Positions 12,137-24,933 of a stretch of DNA of 64,000 nucleotides are shown one piece after another (the stretch's first letter is position 1; each line of letters begins with the position of its first letter). Source of the stretch: Vicugna vicugna (Eukaryota); assembly GCA_013265495.1 (NCBI GenBank), contig MU061578.1, positions 2,241,308 through 2,305,307 on the forward strand. Reading direction: 5' to 3'. Under the pieces are notes generated by a model, which was given only the letters and a program-made list of their open reading frames with translations, searched no databases and was not told where the DNA came from. A program made the position numbers and the translations under genes.

Positions 12137-13034
12137 AGCAGCTATGGCAGGGGAGGGAAGGGGGAGCAGCTATGGCAGGGGAGGGAAGGGGAGCAGCTAT
12201 GGCAGGGGAGGGAAGGGGGAGCAGCTATGGCAGGGGAGGGANNNNNNNNNNNNNNNNNNNNNNNNNNNNNNNNNNNNNNNNNNNNNNNNNNNNNNNNNNN
12301 NNNNNNNNNNNNNNNNNNNNNNNNNNNNNNNNNNNNNNNNNNNNNNNNNNNNNNNNNNNNNNNNNNNNNNNNNNNNNNNNNNNNNNNNNNNNNNNNNNNN
12401 NNNNNNNNNNNNNNNNNNNNNNNNNNNNNNNNNNNNNNNNNNNNNNNNNNNNNNNNNNNNNNNNNNNNNNNNNNNNNNNNNNNNNNNNNNNNNNNNNNNN
12501 NNNNNNNNNNNNNNNNNNNNNNNNNNNNNNNNNNNNNNNNNNNNNNNNNNNNNNNNNNNNNNNNNNNNNNNNNNNNNNNNNNNNNNNNNNNNNNNNNNNN
12601 NNNNNNNNNNNNNNNNNNNNNNNNNNNNNNNNNNNNNNNNNNNNNNNNNNNNNNNNNNNNNNNNNNNNNNNNNNNNNNNNNNNNNNNNNNNNNNNNNNNN
12701 NNNNNNNNNNNNNNNNNNNNNNNNNNNNNNNNNNNNNNNNNNNNNNNNNNNNNNNNNNNNNNNNNNNNNNNNNNNNNNNNNNNNNNNNNNNNNNNNNNNN
12801 NNNNNNNNNNNNNNNNNNNNNNNNNNNNNNNNNNNNNNNNNNNNNNNNNNNNNNNNNNNNNNNNNNNNNNNNNNNNNNNNNNNNNNNNNNNNNNNNNNNN
12901 NNNNNNNNNNNNNNNNNNNNNNNNNNNNNNNNNNNNNNNNNNNNNNNNNNNNNNNNNNNNNNNNNNNNNNNNGGAGGAAAGGGGGCGAGGGTTTGGCAGG
13001 GGAGGGAAGGGGAGCAGCTATGGCAGGGGAGGGA
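12137..13034. repeat. G-rich minisatellite, 27-28 bp unit AGCAGCTATGGCAGGGGAGGGAAGGGG(G), spanning the assembly gap
   Basis: Units start at 12137, 12165, 12192, 12220; same unit resumes after the N run. Confidence 0.95.
12242..12972. other. Scaffold gap (731 N)
   Basis: Run of N. Confidence 1.
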
Positions 13035-13559
13035 GGAGAATGGAGTCTGGGATACAGTGTCCCATGTTGGGTACTCAGAAAGCCCCAGAAAGTGATATGA
13101 GTTACTTTAAGTTGATCTGAGAGTGTGGACTCTGTTCATTTTGTCCACACCACCACTCAGGGATTAGGCTGCATACTCTATGATTTGATAAGCACTTTGT
13201 AGATTTTCCAATTTCATATGAGGTTTGGTTGGGGGAAAATTGGGGGAGGGGAGATGTTATTTTTAAAATAAATTTAAAATCCTTAAGCATACAGGAAAGG
13301 AAAGTCCACTGGTCTTCCTGAAGTCCTGACACATAGCAGAAACTTTTGTCAATGGTATGGAATGGTGACTACTAAATGGATGAATCCACAAATCAATTGC
13401 TTAGTTACTGATATCTACCACCTACTGTAGATGTTGGAGAAGCTGGGTAACTTCTGTCTGTAGAAAGAAGCTAAAGAGGAACTGACATTTGTTGAACATG
13501 TATAAAACATTTGTAGACGTTATGTATATGTTTATAATATTGCCTCTGTGAAAATAACT

Positions 13560-14432
13560 TCTAAATGACACACCTGGTAGAGTGGCCAAAATCCAGAGCA
13601 CAGTTAACACCAAATACTAGCAAGGATGTGGAGCAATAGGAACTCTCATTCGTTGCTGGTGGGAATGCAAAATGGTATACCTGATTTGGAAGACAGTTTG
13701 GTGGTTTCTTACAAAACTAAGCATACTCTCACCATACAATCCAGCAAGTATGCTCCTTGGTATCTGCTCAAAGACGTTGAAAACTTATGTCCACATAAAA
13801 ACCTGCTGACAGATGCTTATAGAAGTTTTATTCATAATTGTCAAAACTTGGAATCAAAAAATGTCTTTCAGTAGGTGAACTGATAAACACTGTGGTACAT
13901 CCTGACAATGGAATATTACTCAGCACTCAACATAAATGAGCTTTCAAGCCATGAAATGGCATGGAGGAACCTTAAATTGCATATTACTAAGTGAAAGAAG
14001 CCAATCTGAAAAGGCTACATACTGTATGATTCCAACTGAACGGCATTCTGGAAAAGGCAAAACTGTGGCAACAGTAGAAAGATCAGTGGTTGCCAGGGAC
14101 TCAGGGGAAGGGGGATAGACAGAGCACAGAGAATTTTTAGGGCAGTGAAAATACTCTGTGTGATACCATAATGATGAACACATGTCATTAAACATTCATC
14201 CAAGACTGTGGAATGTACACCACCAAGTGTGAACCCTGATATAAACTATGGACTCTGGGGGATTACAATGTGTCAATATAAGCTCATTAATTATAACAAA
14301 TACACTCTGTGGAGGATGTTAGTAGTGGGGGAGGCTACTCATGTTGGGGAGCAGGGGTTATATAGGAAATCTCTGTACCTTCCTCTCAATTTTCCTGTGA
14401 ACATAAAAATCCTCTAAAAAAAACAGTCTTTT
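13560..14432 (+). mobile_element. L1MC1/2-like LINE-1 3' end (ORF2 end plus 3' UTR)
   Basis: caaggatgtggagcaataggaactctcattcgttgctggtgggaatgcaaaatgg...aagaagccaatctgaaaaggctacatactgtatgattcc...gtgaaccctgatataaactatggactctggg...ggaaatctctgtaccttcctctcaatttt. Confidence 0.9.
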
Positions 14433-14739
14433 AGAAAATCTATATGAAACTAAAACACCAACTCATACATCATAATAAATGACAAAATCAAGTATTTCCG
14501 CTAACACAGAAACGTCAAAGTACAGCAATGTATTATCAAAGCAGAAATAGTAAAGTGATGTTGGTCTCTGCACCTGTCCACCTGTCTGCTGATGGAGACT
14601 CTTCCTTCCATCCTCCCAGAGTCCCATGCTGTGCCTCGGCCCCTTTATCTGCATTATGGGAACAAACCTACTACTCTCCCTCCTTCAGCATCATCAGACC
14701 AACTGACAGTGCAGTTAAAGGGCTTTGTAAAACAGAAAA

Positions 14740-15290
14740 CCACATAAAAAGCAGACATCACTCTGCTGGTGAGGCTGTAAATTACTACAACTCATTTGGA
14801 GGGCAACTTGGCAGTACCTATTAAAATATAAAATGCACCTGCCTTTCAACCTGGAGATTCCATTTCTAAGAAAATAATCTCAGGCACATACATGCTCAGG
14901 TGCACAAAAATAGACACTGCAAAAGTGATCACCACAGCATTGCTCACGATGGGAAAAAATAAACTGAAAACATCCTAAATGTCCTGCAATAAGAAACTAA
15001 TATACAACAACTATGGCCCATCCGTGTTCTGGGAAGTTATGCAGCTCTTAGAATAGGATAAGATATAGAAAATGTGAATTATGAATTTAAAAAGTAAATT
15101 ATGCAGCAATATGTACAGCATGATCTCATTTACGTAGAAGTGTGTGGGTGTGTGTGTGTGTGTGCACGTGCGTGTGTGCACATGACCATAGACATAGTCT
15201 GGAAAGTTGCTCATGATAATATTAGCAATACCCCTGGGGAGTGAGCTGTAATGGGTAAGAAGGAATGCCACTTCTTTCTTTATGTGTTTT
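14740..15290 (+). mobile_element. Old L1ME-like fragment with a (TG)n tract at ~15140-15180
   Basis: ctgctggtgaggctgtaaattactacaactcatttggagggcaacttggcagtacctattaaaat...attccatttctaagaa. Confidence 0.7.
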
Positions 15291-15294
15291 ATCA

Positions 15295-15810
15295 ATTGAT
15301 ACATTTAATTATTGCCATAACCTCTTAACTGGTCTCCCTGCTTCTGCTCTTACCCTGGAGAAGATGGAGCCCTGCTGCCGAATCCTAAGCTGGATCATAC
15401 CCACCCTCCTCCCAAGGCTCCCCTGGTCACTCGTAAGCCAAAGCCCTCGCCATCTCCACAGAAGGCTGTGTACCCCTCCCCTCTCTGACTGTACCCCCAG
15501 CTTCTTGGCTTGCTCACATCTCTCCAGCCAAGTGACTTCCTTGAACAAACTAGGTATGCTCCAGCCTCAGGACTTTTCCATAGGTTGCTCCCTCCACCTG
15601 GAACTTCTTTCCTCCAGATCACTACAAAACCAGCTCCCTCCTCTTAATGATCTGCTCTTGTCCCCTTATTTAAAACTATAACCAGCTGCCCTCTGCTCTG
15701 CTTTTTCCTCAGCAATCATTCCTTTCTACTATGCTATCATTTGCCATTTCCTGCAGTCAGAATGTAAGCTCCATGAGCCCAGGGACACTGGTTTATCCCT
15801 CAGGCCTATC
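15295..15810 (+). mobile_element. L2 LINE 3' region
   Basis: attattgccataacctcttaactggtctccctgcttc...cagcctcaggacttttcc...agaatgtaagctccatgag. Confidence 0.8.
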
Positions 15811-16052
15811 CTTTTCAATTAGTCTTCCTGGTCCAAGCTTTCCCCTACCCTACCTCCCTCTTAGCTGCCTACCTCTTCCAGAATAGACCACCAACTAGCC
15901 TCCTTCCTACTCACTTGCCCATATAAGTTATTAGTAAATACTTCTAGCTATACTAATTCATACTATAGCGTAAAAGACTCATTATTTACCTTTTCATAAG
16001 GTTCACTGTCACAACCCTAATTGGGCTGAATCCTCAAGTCAACCCTACGGAA

Positions 16053-16245
16053 AAGTAATTCTGAAACCGGAGGGCGCGTAAGAATCCCCTGAAGGCTCTT
16101 GCTCCGCATCAACATTCTTGGGCCTCGAATCATTGAGGTTCTAAGTCAGCGGGCTCGGGGCAAAGCCCAGGAATCTGGATTCTTGAGAAGAACACAGGGA
16201 GATTCAGTGGGAGGCAGTCCACAGACTCCACTTTAGGACCCTGCC
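16053..16245. mobile_element. MER5-family hAT-Charlie MITE
   Basis: agaatcccctgaaggctcttg...ttctaagtcagcgggctcggggcaaagcccaggaatctggattctt...agactccacttt. Confidence 0.6.
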
Positions 16246-16584
16246 AGTGAGTTCCACTGTTTTCCACTAGGTATTTTGGAGGTCCTTTTGATGGCACCAG
16301 GTGGGTCTCTGCCCCATGAATTCACCATTCTTATTCACAAACTAGACTTTAAGAAAACAACATACTGATTGAACTGACGCTGCGATGCATATAAAATAGA
16401 GCTAGAATAAAGCAGGAATCAAACTTCACACTGAACATCTTCACTTGCCTGATCCCAAAGTGAAGTGCTTTCTCCTGAGAGAGACAACAATTTCTGGTGA
16501 TTGGTTTAATCAGAATAGATTTTACTGCTCAGGCATATGTAGAACTCACCTGGACTCCCTTCTCAGGAGGGTAGTCCCTCCAGC

Positions 16585-16750
16585 TCAGAGTTTCTCACAC
16601 CAAATGTGCATATTAATTACCTGGGAATCCTGTTAAAAAATGCAGATTCCAATTCAGTAGGTGTGGGAGGGACCCCAGACTCTGCACTTCCCCCCTCAAA
16701 CTGCTCCATGATGCTGGCCCAGAGACCACATCTTCAGTTGAGAGGGTCTT
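16585..16750. mobile_element. MER5A-like hAT-Charlie MITE
   Basis: aattacctgggaatcctgttaaaaaatgcagattccaattcagtaggtgtggg...cccagactctgcacttc...gatgctggcccagagaccaca. Confidence 0.75.
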
Positions 16751-17299
16751 GACCAGAGACAAAAAACTAGGTTTCATTTCATCTGCCACATTGGAATGAT
16801 CAGTTGTGCCGGCCTGGCTTACCAGTTGAGAAAGATTTGGAGGTAAGGCTCAGCTCAGGGGAAGAGTGCTATGATCAATTAGTGATGTCTGTCATGAGCA
16901 TGGGACAGAGTTCTGTGACATGTGTGCTACCCTGTTCTGGGCTGTGTTCATCCTGCCACTTCATTGGATATCAGATGTTTAAACAGTACAAGTCAGTTCA
17001 TGAGAGTTTCTGACTTAAGTTTCTGACATCACCTCAGACATTAGTACATTCATAACACACAGACACATACACACAAATACATCTACAACATAACTGTGGC
17101 TAGAGCTTTGAGTGTTCTTACCTCTTGGAATTTTCAGAGCTTCCAAGTTCCCAGACTTTCCCCACAGTGAACTGCCCTCATAAGTCAGCTTTTTTCCACC
17201 GCAACCCTCTGTAATCTCTCCCTTAGCCAGGGGAGAACAAGTACCCAGGAGTTACACATACAACCTGATTCTCTCCCAAGAAATCCTGTCTGTGTACTT

Positions 17300-17717
17300 T
17301 CTGCATCTGTCTGCCGGGTCCACCCTAACAATGAAAGGCAAACTGGGCGGCTTCAACAGCTTAAACTTCTTGTTCAGGGTTCTAGAGGCTGAAAGTCCAA
17401 GACCAAGATGTTGCAGGGTGGGCTCCTTCTGAGGGCTGTGAGGAAGAATCTGCCCCGTGCCTTCCTCCTTGGCTTGTAGATGGCCATCTCCTCCTGTGTC
17501 TTCAGATGGTTCTTCCCACTGTGTGTGTCTGCATCCAAATTCCCCCTCTTATAAGGAAGGAATACTGGTTTTACTGGTCATATTGGTGTAGGGCTCACCC
17601 ATATGACCTCATTTTCACTTGATTCCCTCTATAAAGACCCTATCTCCAAATAAGGTCACATTCTGGGTTAGGACTTCAAAACATGAATTTTGAGGGGACA
17701 CAATTCAACCTAGAACA
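17300..17717 (-). mobile_element. MaLR solo LTR, MLT1B/C-like
   Basis: ttctagaggctgaaagtccaagaccaag...ccttctgagggctgtgagg...aagaccctatctccaaataaggtcacattctg...gaggggacacaattcaacctagaaca. Confidence 0.9.
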
Positions 17718-19270
17718 CATTGACAAGGTGTTTCCTGCTGCAAAGGTCCGATTGAGAATGCAGTTCTTCACCTCTCTTCTACTTCCTGTTGCATCAATAT
17801 TTAATTGACTCTAATCTTTTTGCGACCCTATAGTAGTTTGTAGGCTCTACAACAATGCTTTCCACTAACATAGCTATTTGAAACATCTTAATGGGGCCAA
17901 AGGTATCCACCACCCAATCTACCCTGTCTCTGTCCCATTCTCTGGTTTTTCTAATTTTTCATTCCTTTTAAAATGTAAAACACTCGAATACAACAGGGTT
18001 AAAAAAAACAACAACAGAAGTGGTCAGTGTGATCAAGGTCCTTCTCTGGGTATCTTCTGCCTGTGTCCCACAGAGAGTGGCTCCATTCGGACACAACAAA
18101 AGTCATTTTCTAATAAAGCACCCTGGGGGAGTAGCGGACGCTGGCCTGACCTCCATTTCAGTGGCGCCCACGTGGGCTGAACCCAGAATCATCTGCTTCC
18201 CCCACAGCAGGCGGGCTCAAATCTGCCCAGGAGTAATGCACAGGAGAGCAGATTTTGGCAACGATGCAGAGTTTCAGCCAAAATAAATGCTACCACCTGG
18301 TAGCTTTCGAACAGGATCCATGCCGGTATTTCATTCGGGCTGAAAACAGTAGAAAAATAGTATTTTGCATTTTGCACCTGTAGCCATGCTCCCTGTCAGC
18401 CACATACCACTTCCCAATGATGCCGTGGGGAGGGGGGAAAAGGGTATTGTAAAGGGGTCTAACCAGAGAGAGCATGTTGGATTCAGAGTCTCTACTAAGA
18501 TGTGAAGCAGGGAAAAGCCATGGGATCCTGAGAAATTTCAGCAGCCATTCCTTCAGAAGCACAGATACCTTAACAACCCCATTTGATGCCCATTTCGTGT
18601 TTCCTTTGTTAAGTCAACGGTGTCTCTGCCAAAATCCATTCACTTATCTCATTACAGTTCAGCCTCTCTTCTGTTCCAAAAACTGAGCGTGGAGGTAAAT
18701 GCTATATACCACACGCGGGCACACGCGCATTCATTAAGCACGCACACTATAGAGAAATCTGACTTAATGAAAGTTTATTTGAAGAGAATGCTTATTTAAA
18801 TGCAGTCTACTTTTGCAAATGGAAATGGGTTATTTTGGGGTAATTGCATAGCTGGGTGAGCTGTGCCTTCACTCTGCTGGGTGGCCTGACTGTTTCTTAA
18901 CCTATTCTGACTGGGAAAATATACATATATTTTTTTCATCTGCAGAGAGAAACTGATGGGACTTCATTAGGTCAAGACTATGGTCAGGAGGCTTAAGGAT
19001 GGAGGAGAAACACAAACAAGAATCCCCAAAGAATGATGCTTGGGGAGGGAAAGGAGGCGACAGAGCTGAAAGCCCCTCATTTTGATACTGCTGAGTGTTG
19101 GGTCCAGCAAAGACGACTAATGAGGGTCTTTAAGTGTCTAATTACAGTAAACATGCTTCCCCTTTCAAACAGAAAGCTTCACTTAAGCCTTTTTAGGAGT
19201 CAAGAGGGAAACCACCCTATAAATACTCAGGGGAACATATTGAGAATGCCCCAGCAAGCTGTGTTGTGTA

Positions 19271-19431
19271 CAGTCGGCATTCCATGTCCACGGATGCAAG
19301 GCCCGAGGATGCAGAGGGCCTTCTGTATTCATTGTGCTGCACCACTTTATACAAGAGACTAGAACATCTACAGATTTTGGAATCAGCGGGGGCTTCTGGA
19401 GCCAGTCCCCTGTGATACCAAGGGACGATTA
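19271..19431 (-). mobile_element. MER2/MER2B-like TcMar-Tigger short derivative
   Basis: TA|cagtcggc...cagattttggaatc...ctggagccagtcccctgtgataccaagggacgatta|TA; TA flanks at 19269-70 and 19432-33. Confidence 0.75.
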
Positions 19432-20119
19432 TACTTGGAAGGCTGGTGGCAATAGCAGGAAATGAGACGTCTGTGAGCTGTGATGACCAAACAGGGTGAG
19501 ACTGGAACAAATCCAGCTCAGTGTAACATCCATAAGGGGTCCCTGAATGCCTGCACCCCATGCTCCGTTCCCTTCTGTCCATAACACCTTCATGTCTTCA
19601 CCCACCCCACCCCACTGGCGGGCCATTCAGGACCATGGCAGCTTTCACTCCCATAGCTTTGTTTCTCTCAGTTACGGATTTCCAGGAATGGTCTCTGAAC
19701 AGCATCCCACCTTGACCTCTCTGGATGGAAAGAATCCCCCTCCTCCCCTTAACCCCACACTCACAGTCAGCTCCCAACTTTGTCCTGCAGTCAGGAAAAG
19801 AGCATGGGCCGTAAGAAATTAAGATGTGTTGCCGTCTCAAAGCTTCCGTATTACATCTAGAGTCTTTCCACCAACCCGCCCCTGCCCCTTTAATCTGTGG
19901 TAGGTACTGAATGCTCAGCTCTAAACCAGGGGCTCTAGAGGGAACACTCAAGGTGCATAAGATACAAACTCCATCTTAAAGGGTGGGAGTTGTCTTGCAC
20001 AACTGACTGAGACATAAATTTTGGCAACTTGAAAACAAGAACCAGAAGCAAACTAACAAACGAAATCCTGCAATAAGATGATGATGGCCACTAAATGTAG
20101 AGAACTTGTTACCTACAAG

Positions 20120-20718
20120 ACATAGCATAGACCACTCCTGGGTGTATATCCAAAGAAAACTCCAATGGGAAAAGATACAGGCACCCCACTATTCACAGAA
20201 GCACTATTTATGATAGCCAAGACATGGAAGCGACCTAAATGTCCACTGACAAGTGATTGGATAAAGAAGTGGTGTGTGTGTGTGTGTATATATACATATA
20301 CATATACATATATGTGTATGTGTGTGTGTGTATACAATGGAATACTACTCAGCCATAAAAAGAAAAAATAATGCCATTTGCAGCAACACGGATGGACCTG
20401 GAGATTATCATACTAAGTAAGTCAGACAGAGAAAGACAAATATGGTATAACTTATATGTGGAGTCTAAAAAATGACACAAATGAACTTATTTACAAAACA
20501 GAAAGAGACTCACAGACATAGAAAACAAACTTACGGTTACCAGGGGGGAAGAGGGGAGAGAGGGATAAATTGGAGTTTGGGATTGGCTGATACAAATTAC
20601 TATGTACAGAATAGATAAATAACAAGATCCTACTGTATAGCACAGGGAACTATATTTGATGGCTTGTAGTAACCAATAATGTAAGTCAACTATACTTCAA
20701 TCAAAATTTTTAAAAAAC
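20120..20718 (+). mobile_element. Cetartiodactyl-type L1 3' end (ORF2 end plus 3' UTR) with (TG)/(TA) microsatellite at ~20272-20336
   Basis: ORF piece FTEALFMIAKTWKRPKCP; UTR acaaaacagaaagagactcacagacatagaaaacaaacttacggttacc...ctgtatagcacagggaactatat...aactatacttcaat. Confidence 0.92.
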
Positions 20719-21089
20719 TAGACGAGTTTGGAAATAGTGGCTCCCTAAGATTAAGGGAAATGAGTTGGGACTCGGTGGGAAGGGATAGAAAGGTCCTCTA
20801 AGGCAAAGTGAGGTGTAGCCTTAGCTTCCGTGATTTCTCAAAGATGTAAATGAAAGAGGAGTTGTATGGCAAGGTCAGGGGTAAGCGCCCATCCTTTGTA
20901 TGCTGATGCCCACAATCTGTGACTGGGGAGGAAGACCGAGGGAAGTGCATACAGCATACATTATGGGTAATCTGACCTGGATTTAGTATCTTCACACCTG
21001 TATACTTGGACTCTGAGCTCGATCGTCTCCAGTGAATACAGTCTTTCTTGCCTGCATTTCATTAGAGCCATCTTCATGTTTTATCATTA

Positions 21090-21250
21090 AAATATATTAA
21101 ACACTTACGCTATGCCACTCACAGTGGCGGGCACTCTGCCTCTAGCATCTCTCTCAGTTCCCACAACAGCCTTAAGGAACTAAATCATGTTGCCCATTTG
21201 ATAGATGAGGAAAGAGCAACGCCTGTCTGAGACCACATGTCAGAGCGAGA
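21090..21250 (-). mobile_element. MIR SINE
   Basis: attaaacacttacgctatgcc...cccacaacagcc...cccatttgatagatgaggaaa. Confidence 0.6.
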
Positions 21251-22494
21251 TTCTCGGGGTTCTTGATGATGTGTGATGAATCACAAAGTACCAACAAATG
21301 TTACACGTATTTTTCCAAATTTGTCCACAAGGATTTGCAAGCATCTCTTCTAATTATCGGGAAGCCCTTAGGTGGGAGCTGAGAGATCATTTTCAACCAA
21401 GCTGAAGTAGGAAGGCTCACAGAATGCATATGTCCACTCCCCAAGGACATTCTTACCTCTGACCACTAGAGTTTACACCCAGCTAGAGCAGGGCCAAGGG
21501 TACCTGGCAGCAGAGTATCCCCCAAACCAAAGCAAATGGATGTAGTTGCATAAAGGGCTGGATTCAACCAATCTGCCGGTTGCTTTCCTCAGGGGTGGGG
21601 TGGGGGAGTCAAATTTCAATGTATGTCTTTGGGGGAAAAATCCCATTAAAAACTCTTATCAATATATGATAATTGATTGGGTATCAAATCAACCTTTGGT
21701 TCTTCTTCTCTCCCAAACTCAACCAGTTATCACTAGGGGTGTGAAGACGTACCATGGGGGTGGGGACTTTGTCTAGTTCATTGCTGTATACTCAGTGCCC
21801 AGTGTGCTGTAGGTGCTTAATAGTAACACCCTAAAGGAATAACTATCTTGCATGTAGCTGCTGTGAGTCCTCCATAAAAATGCTAAGAAACATGGCACTA
21901 TTCAATGGAACCCAAAATGGTAGGGGTTGGACTTGCCCCAAGGGAGAAAAAATGCCTTGGGTTTTCAGAATCAGCCGACAAAGCAGCTCAGACTGGTGTC
22001 TGGCTGTGCAGCCACTTACACAGAGCTTTGCTGTGATTTAAAAAATGCCCATTCCCAGAGTTCCAAGCACTCATAGAAAGAACCAGGAAGGGGGAATGTA
22101 AGTGTTCCCAGCACCATAGGTTACTGCTGCTACTGTCTTTGTTTCTGGGGTGCTGAGGTTGGTTTGCAAAACCAGAGAGTTCAGCTCAGTCGGATGGTGG
22201 AAACCAGCTTGGTAGCATGCATGCAGCAGAGCAGCCAGCAGCTTGGAGCCCTCTCCTCCCGACAAGGGAAACTCAAGACCAGTGAAATCTCCTAGCATGG
22301 AAGCTGAACTCTGTTACAGATGCTCCTGGTGTTCTGGGAGCCTTAACAGTCAAGTCCCCTGTGACATGGAGCCTAGACGGCATTGGTGGTGAGCTGCAGG
22401 GTTCACAGGCCCAAATGCAACCAAACCATCCTGCCCCACATCTTTCTGCCCCACTGCATCTTCCAGTTTGCCAAAGACTTCCACATCCTTCTCA

Positions 22495-22855
22495 TATATT
22501 CATTCAGTCAAATATTTACTGGGCACCTGCTGTGTGGCTGCCCCAGGTCTAATCACAGGGATACTGCCATGAAAAAGACATAGCACTTGAACACTTGAGG
22601 TGCGTGCATCCTGCTGTGGGGAGAAAGCAAGTAAACTGATGAACAAAGAAATAATATAATGCCAGGAAGGGATAGGTGCCCAGTGGGGAAAAAAGAGAGA
22701 AAAAAAAAAAACAGATCCAGGAAAGCTGACAGAAGAAGATGCTGTTTTAGACAGTAAGCTCAGAGGAGGGTTCTTCCTGGACGTGGCATTTCCACAAAGA
22801 CCTGAATGAAAGGAACAAGCTGCTGAGCTTTGCGAATCTCTGGGTCTACAGTGCA
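22495..22855 (-). mobile_element. L2 3' region
   Basis: attcattcagtcaaatatttactgggcacctgctgtgtg...ggggatactgccatgaaaaagaca...agacctgaatga. Confidence 0.8.
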
Positions 22856-23569
22856 GCCAAGCCACCATGGTCTGTGGGACCTCGACCTGCTGATTGTCGA
22901 GGAGGGAAATCGCTTTTCAAACCCAAGTTTTAAAAATACTCCCTTGGAGTAAGTGTTCTCCGATTTGTGCTGACTTTAGGAGGCACGCAGACTGCCTTGG
23001 CAGCAATTTTTAAAAATAAGATGAAAAGCAATTATGTTTCATCGCAGCAATTTACTCAGCGAAAATCTGGGGAGCAAAAAAGGTAAATACATCCCCTCCC
23101 CGCCGCCGAGGGGGGCCTCCTGGGCCGGGGGCTCTCCTGCTGCCCAGGAGCTGGCTCTTTCTCCCTCCAGGAGGCAGGTCCAGGCTGTCTTTAAGCTCCA
23201 GGGACTGCATGCTCTCTGATTTCCAGGTACAAAACAGCTTTCATCAATGTACACAGCCAGGCATGAGTCACCCCTAAGCACAGCCAATTCGGGCCACCAG
23301 CAGCAGAGACAAAGGAGAGCGTTTGTGCGTTTCCCAGACATGACACATCCTGAGGAGGGTGCAGCCAAATCAAGCCTCTCGAGGTCTCAGAGCGTTGATC
23401 TGCGGTCAAAAAAGCTTAAAATGACAAAGGGAAGGAAGGGAAGGCTGCCCAAACCATGCTGCAGTTTTAACCTAGCCAGACGCCCCACATTCTCCTGACT
23501 AGCACATTTCCGTTCTACTTTCTTATCTTGGTTTCCAGCCACCCACCCCTATCCTAGCGGGTCCCTCTA

Positions 23570-24390
23570 TTTTAACATTAAGTTAAAAAAAAAAATGTGT
23601 GCAAATAGTACATGCTCAGAATACATGGAAAAGCAAAAGGAAGAGAATAAAAATCATTCCCCGTGTCACACCATTCAGCAATAACTGCTTCTCACGTTGT
23701 GCTGTGCACCCTTTGAGAGTTTCTCTTTCCCCTCTTATTTATGGATACATATTTTTAAACAAGCTGTAGCCATACGATCTGTCATTTAACATAATTTTTT
23801 TCACTCGAGGAATCAGAAATATCTTCCTGGGCCCGTGTAGATGATATTGTTATCCAAATGTGTTTACCAAATCAGATTTAATGGCTGCAGAGGATTCCAT
23901 TTTATGGCCAGACCATAATTTATTTGATTTTTCCTGCTATTGGAATTTTCATTATTATAAACAATGCAGCGAGGAGCATCGTTCACTCCTTCATTTAACA
24001 ACTATTTATAGAGTGCCTTTCCTGGCTAAGCTCGCGAGCACATCCTTAATTATTCCCTGAGGATAAATTTCTCGAAGTGGAATTGCCAGGTCAAAACACA
24101 AGCGTGCATCTAAGGCTTTTGTGAACAAGCATATTAGTCTTATTGCCAAATCGCCCCCAAAACGTTGCTCCAAGTAGTACTCCTACCAGCCTAGGATGCG
24201 AGTGCCTGGCTCCCGAACCCTTTGCCAACACTGACTTTTTTATTTCCCTTTTTTGGGGCGGATTTTGTAGAAGAAAAATAACATCTTGTTGTTTCACTTT
24301 TCAATCCTTTGTTGCCAGCCAGCCTGAACACTTCTCCATGTGTGCTGGCCATTTAGATTTCCCTTCCTGTGAATTGCTTATTCATAGCTT
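23570..24390 (-). mobile_element. Old L1ME-like fragment
   Basis: tattataaacaatgcagcga...ttattccctgaggataaatttctcgaagtggaattgccaggtcaa...ttgccaaatcgcccccc...ccatttagatttcccttcctgtgaattgcttattcatag. Confidence 0.75.
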
Positions 24391-24796
24391 TGACGATACG
24401 TCTTAATTAAGTCTCAGGATGAAGAGGAAAGAATGGAGAAAATTAATAATTATTGAGTGCTTGTTATCTGCCAGACAGTGTATACCACTGGCTTCAAGAG
24501 GAAACATGTATCTTCACGACATGTCTATCATTGTCCCCATTTTATAGGTGGTGATGTACACCTTGGGGGGTACAACTGACCAAGGACACGGGGTCAAGGG
24601 CAGAAAGCTCGTTCCCATCATTACCTCCTACATGGGGGGAGGCAGGGGCAGGGGGTTAAACTTTATTTGATTCTGGAATTACTCTGTCAAGGGAAGCCGT
24701 GTAAGGACCAAACTAAGATGCTCTGGTCTCTACTGCAGGGTCCTGCCCCAGCACCAAGTCATGGGTGACACTGAATTTTTTTTTTCACATGCTGAA

Positions 24797-24797
24797 T

Positions 24798-24875
<78 letters not shown>

Positions 24876-24888
24876 TTCCTTCCTTCCT

Positions 24889-24933
<45 letters not shown>
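24797..24933. repeat. (TTTC)n microsatellite with a TTCC interruption
   Basis: Directly visible, ~137 bp. Confidence 0.98.

Noticed and set aside
12137..13034. 28-bp repeats as a CRISPR-like array
   Set aside because: Units are head-to-tail with no unique spacers, there are no cas genes, and the context is mammalian.
11978..13120. Three long ORFs (307-380 aa) in the ORF track
   Set aside because: Artefacts of translating through the N gap and the stop-free minisatellite.
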